DNA of 15,731 nucleotides from Cyanobacteriota bacterium. GTDB taxonomy: Bacteria; Cyanobacteriota; Cyanobacteriia; Thermostichales; Thermostichaceae. A model generated the notes under the pieces. It saw only the letters and a list, made by a program, of their open reading frames with translations. It had not been told where the DNA came from and did no database searches. This document shows, in pieces, positions 1-7,733 of this stretch. The translations under genes were made by a program, and so were the position numbers. Positions within the stretch are counted from its first letter, which is position 1. Every line of letters starts with the position of its first letter. The DNA is taken from NCBI GenBank assembly GCA_033764955.1, contig JANRIL010000047.1, positions 1 to 15,731 on the forward strand, read 5' to 3'.

Positions 1-76
1 GCGACGCCCAACCCCACTTGGAAACACCATAGCAAAAGTTGGTCGGCTAGTCCAAATTGTGCGGAGTATGCCGACC

Positions 77-130
77 CTGGCTATCATCCCGACACCGACC
101 CTATCGGTTAGGGTGCGGGGCTTCCCGCCG
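77..130 (-). mobile_element. Probable orphan, degenerate right end of an IS200/IS605- or IS607-type (tnpB) element
   Basis: The minus strand reads GGGAAGCCCCGCACC-CTAACCGATAGGGTC-GGTGTCGGG-ATGATAGCC. Arms CCCG.CACC / GGTG-T-CGGG form a stem with a single T bulge, preceded by GAAG. This matches my recollection of cyanobacterial tnpB right-end hairpins. The usual GTCAC terminus is absent and no transposase is adjacent. Confidence 0.45.
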
Positions 131-437
131 AGTAAGCTAAAAAATGGAGTCTATCAAAAACAAGAAGGGGATGAGGGAGGGATCCTGTATAGGACCGAGT
201 TTGCGGGGTTATGTCTGAATGAAAGGACGATGCTAAACGGAGATCTGGCGGAGGTCTTGCGATCGCTACGGGAGGGAGCTTCGCCCTCTCCATCCCCGCC
301 TCTTTAGAGCTCCGCTTTGGTGCACCCCAGCCGTCCGATTGCACCCCAGATGAGGGATCCCACGGGCAGAAATTGCTGGAGATCCCGACTATAATCAGCG
401 AAGCCAAAAATTTTCAGTCAATGGTGGAGCAATAGAC

Positions 438-1577
438 ATGGGATCACGCGCCTTAATCACGGGCATCACCGGACAGGATGGGTCTTACCTGGCGGAGTTG
501 CTGTTGGAGAAAGGCTACGAGGTGCATGGCATCATTCGCCGTTCCAGCACCTTCAATACCGACCGGATTGATCACATCTATATAGACTCCCATGATCCAC
601 GCGCCCGCTTGTTTCTTCACTACGGCGACCTCACGGACGGCACAACCCTCCGCAAAATTTTGGAAGCGGTCAAGCCAACCGAAGTCTATAATCTGGGATC
701 CCAGTCCCATGTGCGGGTCAGTTTTGATGCCCCCGAATACACCGTTGACTCGGTGGGCATGGGCACCTTGCGGTTGCTAGAAGCGGTGCGCGATTATCAG
801 CAACGCACGGGCATTCAGGTGCGATTTTATCAAGCGGGATCCTCAGAAATGTTTGGACTGGTGCAGGCCGTTCCCCAAACAGAAACCACCCCCTTTTATC
901 CCCGTAGCCCCTACGCCTGTGCCAAGGTCTATGCTTTTTGGCAGACCGTCAACTATCGGGAAGCCTATAACCTATTTGCCTGCAACGGCATCCTCTTCAA
1001 CCACGAATCTCCACGGCGCGGAGAAACCTTTGTCACCCGCAAAATTACCTGTGCTCTAGCGCGCATTCTGGCGGGCAAACAGGAGCGGCTCTATCTGGGC
1101 AACCTGGATTCTAAACGGGATTGGGGCTATGCCAAAGACTATGTGGAAGGAATGGCCTTGATGCTCCAGCAAGCCCAGCCGGATGATTTTGTTTTGGCGA
1201 CGGGGGAAACCCACACTGTGCGCGAATTTGTTGAGCGAGCCTTTGGCTGTGTAGGGTTGAGGATTGAGTGGCAGGGATCCGGCGATCAAGAGAAAGGACT
1301 GGATGCCGCCTCCGGTCGAGTCTTGATTGAGATTGACCCTCGCTACTACCGACCGACGGAAGTGGATCTGCTGTTGGGGGATCCCAGCAAGGCCAAAGCC
1401 ATCCTGGGCTGGCAACCCAAAGTCAGTTTTGCCGAATTGGTGGAATTGATGGTGGTGGCGGATCTGAAAGCGATGGGTCTGGATCCAAAAGCCTATGGTG
1501 ATCGCCAGTTTGCCCAGAATGGCAACCCCCAAGATCGAGCCTTTATCCGTCCCCAGGTGGGAATTCGCTACGACTAA
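438..1577 (+). CDS. gmd: GDP-mannose 4,6-dehydratase
   Basis: [16 protein letters not shown]ossmann motif, [11 protein letters not shown], catalytic [27 protein letters not shown] and [20 protein letters not shown] upstream. Confidence 0.97.
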   Translation: MGSRALITGITGQDGSYLAELLLEKGYEVHGIIRRSSTFNTDRIDHIYIDSHDPRARLFLHYGDLTDGTTLRKILEAVKPTEVYNLGSQSHVRVSFDAPEYTVDSVGMGTLRLLEAVRDYQQRTGIQVRFYQAGSSEMFGLVQAVPQTETTPFYPRSPYACAKVYAFWQTVNYREAYNLFACNGILFNHESPRRGETFVTRKITCALARILAGKQERLYLGNLDSKRDWGYAKDYVEGMALMLQQAQPDDFVLATGETHTVREFVERAFGCVGLRIEWQGSGDQEKGLDAASGRVLIEIDPRYYRPTEVDLLLGDPSKAKAILGWQPKVSFAELVELMVVADLKAMGLDPKAYGDRQFAQNGNPQDRAFIRPQVGIRYD

Positions 1578-1597
1578 GCAACAGGAGGGATCCTCTC

Positions 1598-2806
1598 TCA
1601 ACTGGACTGGGCTTCTTCGGGATTGGGCTGAAAATTGACATAGCTGCGGCCTCGCCAACGGCGGGGTTTTTGTAGCGAGGACAAGATAATTCGCAACACC
1701 GCCAACGGATCCGCTAGGGGAGACAGCCAAAATGTCCAGGGGGGATTGGCGTAGGAATGGCGGATCCCCAGCAGCAACCCCCAGCGAAACAGGACTAATC
1801 CACCATTGAGCGCCCACAGCCCCAGCAGTAGCCAAGAGGAACTAGCCCAAGCCCGTAGCACCGACAAACCCAGCGTTAGCGGCAGTGGGATCCCTTGCAC
1901 CATCAGCAAAAACCAGGCATCTGACCAAACTTGTGCGGCGGGAGAGGCATCCTTGAGATCGAGAGAGCGCCCCCACTCCCGCCAGGTTTCCGCCAATGAG
2001 GTATACATGCGCACCTGAATGAGGCAGGATCCATCCAAAAATCCCACCCTCAACCCACGGGCAGCCAAGGCTCGTACCAGGGTGACATCATCGCAGAAGG
2101 AGTGGCGCGCCAAACTATAGCCAGAGACTTCTGATAAGACGGATTTGCGAATTAGACAACATTGACCATTCGCCATCGTCCGTTCCGGGGTCTCAGGCGG
2201 ATCCCCGACGGCTCCAAACCGATAAATTAACGTTACCAGCAGGGAGGGTTGTAACCAGGCTTCTCCCCAATGCTTGAGAATAAAGCGGGGAGCCAGGGTC
2301 ACCACATCAAAGTTTTCAGCCATCGCCACCTTGAGCAAGCTGTCCACCAAACCGGCTTGGGGTCTTGTGTCCGCATCAATCCCCAAAATCCAGTCCGACT
2401 CAGGATGAGCCGCCAAATAGCCAGAGTGCAAGGCCCACGGTCGCCCTACCCAGCCCGACGGCAGAGGATCGTCGGTGACGACCCGAAAACGGGGATCCCG
2501 TGCCTGCATCGCTAACACTTTGGCCACCGTCTCATCTTGGGAGCGACTGTCAATCACCACTACTTCCCGCAGTGTGGATCCCTGATGATGCAGTCCCTCC
2601 AGGCAAGGATCAATCCGTTCCGCTTCGTTGAGGGTGGGCACTAACACCGAGACACGACCTGAGTGCTGGGGATCCCCCGCTTCTGGCTGGAGAGGAGCCG
2701 GTCGGAAAGGAGCCGCCGCCAACCGCATCAGCAGTTGTAAAGTGGCCGGAACTTGCGTCATCAGCAAGCCCAAACTCAGCCATTCCCCCCAACTAAAATC
2801 AATCAT
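1598..2806 (-). CDS. cruG: GT2 glycosyltransferase, carotenoid (myxol) 2'-O-glycosyltransferase CruG-like
   Basis: VSVLVPTLNEA, PLPSGWVGRPWAL, DADT (DxD), ANGQC, SFCDDVTL, WGRSLDLKDA and C-terminal WRGRSY. ATGA overlap with the upstream cruF. Confidence 0.88.
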   Translation of the reverse strand: MIDFSWGEWLSLGLLMTQVPATLQLLMRLAAAPFRPAPLQPEAGDPQHSGRVSVLVPTLNEAERIDPCLEGLHHQGSTLREVVVIDSRSQDETVAKVLAMQARDPRFRVVTDDPLPSGWVGRPWALHSGYLAAHPESDWILGIDADTRPQAGLVDSLLKVAMAENFDVVTLAPRFILKHWGEAWLQPSLLVTLIYRFGAVGDPPETPERTMANGQCCLIRKSVLSEVSGYSLARHSFCDDVTLVRALAARGLRVGFLDGSCLIQVRMYTSLAETWREWGRSLDLKDASPAAQVWSDAWFLLMVQGIPLPLTLGLSVLRAWASSSWLLLGLWALNGGLVLFRWGLLLGIRHSYANPPWTFWLSPLADPLAVLRIILSSLQKPRRWRGRSYVNFQPNPEEAQSS

Positions 2807-3735
2807 TTCAGGACGGGTTCCCGCAGGGCTTCACCCAACACCACCGGTGGAACAACATCCAAAGTCGGCTCCGGCAAGGCCGGTTTCGCCATCAGCCAGA
2901 GACCCAAGGCAGGACCTAAGCCCAACAACAAGCCCAAAGCCACCGGCACATAGATACCGGATCCCAAACTCATCACCATCGCAAACCCAAAATTAGCTCC
3001 ATAGACCAACAAGGGAGCCACTAGTTGGGAGCGATCCAACTGCGGTTGCTCCTGACCCCAGCAGAGGTTCGCTACCCCCATAAACAGGCAGCCTGTTAAC
3101 ATCCAGCCGCCAAAATTTTGCAGAGGCATCCCAAAAAAAGGTCCTGGTTGAAACCATGTCCAGAAGGGGATGATGGCCTGGGTCATAGCCGGATCCAAAA
3201 CAAAATCCCAGGCGGTCAAGAGGAGCGCCCCCAGCGCAATCGCCTCTAGCTGAATTAACCAGTGCCGTTGCGCCTGCAAAATGGTGCGAGCCAATAGATA
3301 GGAGGCCAACCCCATGTAAAACCAGGACAACGGAATCGTGAAAGGTACTAATCCGGCAATTTTGTAGCCCAGCCCAGTTAAATATCCGTAAAAGCCAAAT
3401 GGAATGCCCGTGGAGGTTCCCAATAGCTCGCTGCCTAAGGAAATCCCCACTGAGGGAATTAAAAACATCAGCAGGCGCTTCCGACCCAACAGGCGGGATC
3501 CCATTAAGATGGCAGCCACCGCCCCAAACACCATGTAGGCCACCCCCCCATTGCCCATACTCATAGAGAAGGCCACTTGACCCATCTCCGGCAGTCGGGC
3601 AATAAACTCAGGGTGAGGCACCACCAACAACAGTCCAGCCAGACCAAAAAAGAGACAAGCAATATGGGCACTCAAGGCCATCGTTTCAGCCGTAGAGCGA
3701 GTCGTCACTGTAGACCAGGAAGGAAAAAAAGTCAT
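2803..3735 (-). CDS. cruF: Carotenoid 1'-hydroxylase/hydratase CruF (carotenoid biosynthesis membrane protein)
   Basis: Multi-TM protein with FGLAGLLLV, SELLGTSTGIPFG, GLGYKIAGLVPFTIPLSWFY, AWDFVLDPAM and GMPLQNFGGW. ATG 3735 was chosen; TTG 3756 and ATG 3681 are alternatives. Confidence 0.9.
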   Translation of the reverse strand: MTFFPSWSTVTTRSTAETMALSAHIACLFFGLAGLLLVVPHPEFIARLPEMGQVAFSMSMGNGGVAYMVFGAVAAILMGSRLLGRKRLLMFLIPSVGISLGSELLGTSTGIPFGFYGYLTGLGYKIAGLVPFTIPLSWFYMGLASYLLARTILQAQRHWLIQLEAIALGALLLTAWDFVLDPAMTQAIIPFWTWFQPGPFFGMPLQNFGGWMLTGCLFMGVANLCWGQEQPQLDRSQLVAPLLVYGANFGFAMVMSLGSGIYVPVALGLLLGLGPALGLWLMAKPALPEPTLDVVPPVVLGEALREPVLK

Positions 3736-3801
3736 GCGTGGGATCCCCGACACCAAGTGGGCGTGTTTACAAAACGATATAACTCTCTGAGCGAAGATTC
3801 A

Positions 3802-4812
3802 ATGGTTAGTCGGGCTTTTGTTGTCGCTAATCTCAGACACCAGGCAAAAAAGTTTCTAGCCATCGGATGGATGGGCTGCCTACTTGGTTGGCTCCTTTAC
3901 CTGGGTAGCCCTACGCCGCTTGTGCAAGCGCAGACGACTCCCGTCATCTACTCCCGTGGTCTGCAACGGCAACTGAACTATGCCATAGCCCAACAGGACT
4001 GGTCACGCGCCCTGCGGGTAGTGGAAGCCCTGCAAGAGATGCAACCCCCCCAGTCTCCCTACCTCCAGGAACTGCAACCCTATCACTCTCTTGTTGAGCA
4101 GCTTACCCGATCCCCCAGCCCCAGTCCTACTCCGGCTGAAGAAGCGGGATCCCCTCCTCCCTCCCTATCGCCCAGTCCCCCCCCCCCTAATCCTCCCCTG
4201 CCGATCCTAGAAAAACCCTTTGCTGGGGACTATCCGGTCACCAATCTGTTTGACCATGATCGACCCAATCAATCCGGAAACGGAGAGTTGCTCACGGTGA
4301 AAGGAGAAGGCTTGTCGGTGGGTCAGCCCTGCGCCCTCAGTGATGGTCATGCCGGATACGATTGGCAGATCCCCGTGGGAATCCCAATTTTGGCGGCGGC
4401 GGCAGGACGGGTCACCTTTGCCCAGACCGAACCCCCTCATTTTTGCCCAGCTTTGGGGCAGGAGGTGGCGGGATTGCGGGTGGAGATTTTGCACTGGTTC
4501 ACAGGCTCAGAAGGAGAAGAACGCTTGAGTACCCTTTACGCTCACCTCAGCCAGATTCAGGTGCGGCCAGATCAGCGGGTGGTGGCGGGGCAAATCATCG
4601 GTTTAGCAGGCAATAGCGGTTGCTCAACGGGATCCCATCTGCATTTTGAGGTGCGCCGTTGGACTCATACCCACCGCCAATCCCCCACCCCTGTGGATCC
4701 CTACGGCTGGTGGTCAGGGGATTTGGATCCCTGGTTGTTGGATCCCCAAGGAGCCGAAAGTTTACCCCTCTGGAAGGCAGGACAAGCCCCCTCCCTGAGT
4801 GGCTGTTTATAA
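3802..4812 (+). CDS. Exported M23 family zinc metallopeptidase with N-terminal helical segment and Pro-rich linker
   Basis: HAGYD (HxxxD), [16 protein letters not shown] (HxH), YAHL and VDPY. Hydrophobic signal ending VQA-QT. ATG 3802 or 3871 is preferred over 3577, which overlaps cruF. Confidence 0.85.
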   Translation: MVSRAFVVANLRHQAKKFLAIGWMGCLLGWLLYLGSPTPLVQAQTTPVIYSRGLQRQLNYAIAQQDWSRALRVVEALQEMQPPQSPYLQELQPYHSLVEQLTRSPSPSPTPAEEAGSPPPSLSPSPPPPNPPLPILEKPFAGDYPVTNLFDHDRPNQSGNGELLTVKGEGLSVGQPCALSDGHAGYDWQIPVGIPILAAAAGRVTFAQTEPPHFCPALGQEVAGLRVEILHWFTGSEGEERLSTLYAHLSQIQVRPDQRVVAGQIIGLAGNSGCSTGSHLHFEVRRWTHTHRQSPTPVDPYGWWSGDLDPWLLDPQGAESLPLWKAGQAPSLSGCL

Positions 4813-4909
4813 AAAATTCTTGTCATTCTGGGAGCAAGGACGGCTGTCAAAAGGGAGGAGCAATGCACTAGAATCGATCCGAGTGATCAGCGATAGCAGG
4901 AGAGTGTTT

Positions 4910-5023
4910 GTGATCGAGCCGATTTTGTTGGGAATTGTCTTGGGCATGGTGGTGGTTACCCTGGCTGGCCTGTTTGTGGCTGCCTATTTGCAGTACCAAC
5001 GCTCCAACACCTTTGGGCTTTAG
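4910..5023 (+). CDS. petG: Cytochrome b6f complex subunit V (PetG), 37 aa
   Basis: GTG start at 4910 after [43 protein letters not shown] matches the PetG pattern. This is the 3' half of track ORF 4799..5023. Confidence 0.95.
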   Translation: MIEPILLGIVLGMVVVTLAGLFVAAYLQYQRSNTFGL

Positions 5024-5148
5024 AGCGCTTTTGAGGTCCGCAGGAGTTGTAGAAGCGGGCAAGTCCTAAAATCCTTTCCTAGCTGGACGAATACCCAAAA
5101 CCAGCCAAACCTTGCCAAACCTCTTGTTTCAGATCAGGATCCCGAATC

Positions 5149-6798
5149 ATGCGGTTGATTCAGTCTGTTGGCGAGTTGCGAGAACGACTAGCAAAGGAGC
5201 GGGGGAGAACGCTAGGGCTAGTGCCCACAATGGGATCCCTGCACCAGGGTCATCACAGTCTCATCCAACGGGCACAGCAAGAATCCGATACCACGGTGGT
5301 GAGTATCTTTGTCAACCCGTTGCAGTTTGGTCCCCAGGAAGATTTTAGTCGCTATCCCCGTCAGCTTGAGGCGGATCTAGAGCAATGCCAAGCCCTACAG
5401 GTGGATATCGTCTTTGCCCCAGAGGTGGAAGAGATTCTGGGAAAAAGGGGGCAGGGCTTAGAGCAGCGCACCCAGGTGGTTCCTCCCGCCTATCTCTTAC
5501 AACATCTCTGCGGCCCTTTTCGTCCTGGTCATTTTGAGGGAGTGCTGACGATAGTCCTGCAACTTTTTCATTTGGTGCAGCCACAGCGCGCCTACTTTGG
5601 TCAGAAAGATGCTCAGCAATGGGTGGTGATTCGTCGCATGGTTGAGGATTTAGCCTTGCCGATCACCGTCATTTCCTGTCCGATTGTGCGGGAGGCGGAT
5701 GGGTTGGCCATGAGTTCCCGCAATCAATACCTTGACGCGCAGCAACGGCAACTGGCGGCTCAAATTTATCAGGCGCTTCGACAAGGTCAGGCGCACTTCT
5801 GTGAGGGGGATCCCTCGGCAGCAGGGATTTTGGAGGCGGTTAAAGCGGCTCTGCAACCCTTCCCGCAGATTCGGCTGCAATATCTGCAACTGGTGGATCC
5901 CCAGCACCTACAACCCCTGGAGCGAATGACCCACACTGGCTTATTAGCGATAGCGGCATTCATTGGTACCACTCGTTTGATTGATAATCTCATGCTTTCC
6001 TTGACTTCCCACGAGGATCCCCTCCACCTCGTTCAGCCGAGCCAGCCTCCCGTTGAGCCAACCCTATCCCCTCCCCTTGAGTTAGCTCCCCCAGAGTGGA
6101 TCCCCCCTACCCGCAAGCCCTTGATTGCCATCGATGGTCCGGCTGGTGCCGGAAAATCGACAGTAGCCCGTCGGGTGGCCGCTGAACTCAATCTGCTGTA
6201 TTTGGATACGGGAGCCATGTATCGAGCGATTACCTGGTTAGCCCTGCAAAAAGGGATCCCTCTCGATGATGAAGCGCAACTGACGCAGCTTGCCAATAAG
6301 GCTCACATTCGGTTGACCATGTCCAGCAACCTGACGGATCCACCGCAGGTGTCGGTGAATGGAGAGGATGTGACGACCGCAATTCGCAGTCAAGAAATTT
6401 CTCGACAAGTGTCGGCAGTAGCCGCGATGGCAGGGGTAAGGCAGGCATTGGTCAGACAACAGCGGGAAATCGGGCGGGATGGTGCGGCGGTTTTGGAGGG
6501 GCGAGACATCGGCACCTATGTTTTTCCCCAGGCTGAGCTAAAAATCTTTTTGACCGCCTCGGTGAAAGAACGTGCCCAGCGCCGTCAACTGGAACTGTCG
6601 GCACGCGGCGAAGATATCGATCTAGAGGCATTGCAACAGCAGATCAACGAGCGGGATCGCTATGACAGCGAGCGCCCCTTTGCCCCCCTCCAACAGGCTC
6701 CCGATGCTATCGTCATCAGCACCGATCACCTCAATCAAGAGCAAGTACAAGCGGAGATTGTCAAGCTCTATCAGGATCTGCTGAATCGCCAAAATTAG
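5149..6798 (+). CDS. panC/cmk: Bifunctional pantoate--beta-alanine ligase / cytidylate kinase
   Basis: PanC motifs: VPTMGSLHQGH, SIFVNPLQF, RPGHFEGV, FGQKDAQQ, READGLAMSSRN, RLIDN. Cmk motifs: IAIDGPAGAGKST, LDTGAMYR, EGRDIGT. This fusion is typical of cyanobacteria. Confidence 0.97.
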   Translation: MRLIQSVGELRERLAKERGRTLGLVPTMGSLHQGHHSLIQRAQQESDTTVVSIFVNPLQFGPQEDFSRYPRQLEADLEQCQALQVDIVFAPEVEEILGKRGQGLEQRTQVVPPAYLLQHLCGPFRPGHFEGVLTIVLQLFHLVQPQRAYFGQKDAQQWVVIRRMVEDLALPITVISCPIVREADGLAMSSRNQYLDAQQRQLAAQIYQALRQGQAHFCEGDPSAAGILEAVKAALQPFPQIRLQYLQLVDPQHLQPLERMTHTGLLAIAAFIGTTRLIDNLMLSLTSHEDPLHLVQPSQPPVEPTLSPPLELAPPEWIPPTRKPLIAIDGPAGAGKSTVARRVAAELNLLYLDTGAMYRAITWLALQKGIPLDDEAQLTQLANKAHIRLTMSSNLTDPPQVSVNGEDVTTAIRSQEISRQVSAVAAMAGVRQALVRQQREIGRDGAAVLEGRDIGTYVFPQAELKIFLTASVKERAQRRQLELSARGEDIDLEALQQQINERDRYDSERPFAPLQQAPDAIVISTDHLNQEQVQAEIVKLYQDLLNRQN

Positions 6799-6830
6799 GC
6801 GCTCTCCCCCAGGACAAAACCACAGAACCC

Positions 6831-6866
6831 AAAAAACTAGCTACCCAGGGATCCCTAGATAGCTAG
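6831..6866 (-). terminator. Intrinsic terminator downstream of gifB
   Basis: Minus strand CTAGCTATCTAGG-GATC-CCTGGGTAGCTAG gives a 13-bp stem with two G.U pairs, followed by TTTTTT. On the plus strand the same two positions are C/A mismatches, which fixes the polarity. Confidence 0.85.
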
Positions 6867-6920
6867 CCAGATGTTCATAAACTGATTGAAGAGAAGGAAT
6901 CGAAACCTACCTAGCCAAAA

Positions 6921-7367
6921 CTAGCTGAGAGCCACATGGCTGCGGTCGTAGCTGGCTCGAAAGGTCGGGTAGATTTTGCCTTGAATCCGGCTCCAGTGAT
7001 CCGCCAGATCGTCGCTACTCAAACCAACAGACTGAGCCGCCCGTAGGAGCATGGCTTGCTGACGAATTTTGATGGCGTGCTGATGTCCCATCATCAAGCT
7101 GCGAACCAGCTCTTTGGTAGAGGGAGATGTCGCCGCCGCCACGGGTGTCGCTTCCACATCCGCCACTGGAGTCGTAGCCAGTTCAGAATTGGCTTGATAA
7201 GCCACACCGCGATATTTCAGGTCAAGGTTGGTCTTGAACACCATGGGCTTTTGCAGGTGACGGAATCTCCAATCCAAACCACGATAACGACCGCCAACCT
7301 TGCCGGGAGAGACTTCAAGTGTGGTCGGTTCGTAGGAATAGTTAACACCACGATAAGAAAGTTCCAT
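6921..7367 (-). CDS. gifB: Glutamine synthetase inactivating factor IF17 (DUF4278-like YRG repeats plus IF7-like C-terminal domain)
   Basis: 148 aa from ATG 7367, with GGAGG RBS at 7373-7377. N-terminal LSYRGV / RYRGL / LKYRGV repeats. C-terminal VRSLMMGHQHAIKIRQQAMLLRAA...RIQGK...FRASYDRSHVALS resembles IF7/IF17, including three Arg at 0/+13/+20 spacing. Confidence 0.9.
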   Translation of the reverse strand: MELSYRGVNYSYEPTTLEVSPGKVGGRYRGLDWRFRHLQKPMVFKTNLDLKYRGVAYQANSELATTPVADVEATPVAAATSPSTKELVRSLMMGHQHAIKIRQQAMLLRAAQSVGLSSDDLADHWSRIQGKIYPTFRASYDRSHVALS

Positions 7368-7400
7368 GTTCGCCTCCAAGTGAGAAATAACTAAGGTTGA

Positions 7401-7543
7401 GGCGCGTTCCTTCGGGATCCCTCCCTACTTCCGTCTCTTTTGCCAATCACCACCAAGCCTCGATTGGACTCCACAGGTGGAGAGGGAATCTCACCCAACC
7501 TTGCCCGCCGGACTTGACTTGACTGACTAAAAAGAGATGAACG
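7401..7543 (-). ncRNA. Class I glutamine riboswitch (glnA RNA motif) in the gifB 5' UTR
   Basis: P1 CGTTC (7543-7539) / GAACG (7409-7405). P2 TCTCTTTT (7537-7530) / AAAAGAGA (7441-7434). Junction and E-loop CGGAAGTA ... GAAG. P3 GGGA-GGGA-TCCC, then tail CGCC. It sits upstream of gifB as in other cyanobacteria. Confidence 0.9.
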
Positions 7544-7558
7544 TTTCTTTCCATGTCT

Positions 7559-7572
7559 GTATTATAAGCTAC
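7559..7572 (-). promoter_or_regulatory. NtcA box (GTA-N8-TAC) overlapping a perfect -10 TATAAT of the gifB promoter
   Basis: The plus strand reads GTA-TTATAAGC-TAC. Minus-strand TATAAT at 7566-7561 implies a TSS near 7554, about 11 nt before riboswitch P1. This is repressor geometry. Confidence 0.82.
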
Positions 7573-7733
7573 GGTTTTTTGGAAATCCAGAGGATTGAGC
7601 AAATGTTATGTTCGTTTACAACCACAGCGGGGTTGAGGGATCCCACGTAGGCGGGGGAGAGGTTTGACCATCTGTCTTTTGACAAGCGGCTGAGGCTCCT
7701 TGCAGGATAGGGAGAAGAGAACAATTCTGAGGC

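Noticed and set aside
59..407. ORFs 59..307 (+) and 108..407 (-)
   Set aside because: No recognisable motifs, non-ATG starts, and they overlap each other and the hairpin region. Probably non-coding DNA upstream of gmd.
1056..1835. 259-aa minus-strand ORF and other short ORFs inside gmd, cruG, panC/cmk, gifB and SPFH
   Set aside because: Antisense or alternate-frame shadows of well-supported genes, with no domain features.
3766..3783. HLR1/RpaB-like site TTTACAAA-AC-GATATAAC between cruF and the M23 gene
   Set aside because: Only the first half-site fits; the second matches 5 of 8.
3577..3801. N-terminal extension of the M23 ORF
   Set aside because: It overlaps cruF on the opposite strand and precedes the signal peptide.
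4799..4909. Extended 74-aa version of petG
   Set aside because: PetG similarity and the RBS point to GTG 4910.
7604..7620. Second NtcA-like site (TTA-N8-TAC)
   Set aside because: One conserved half-site is mismatched, so it cannot be supported from sequence alone.
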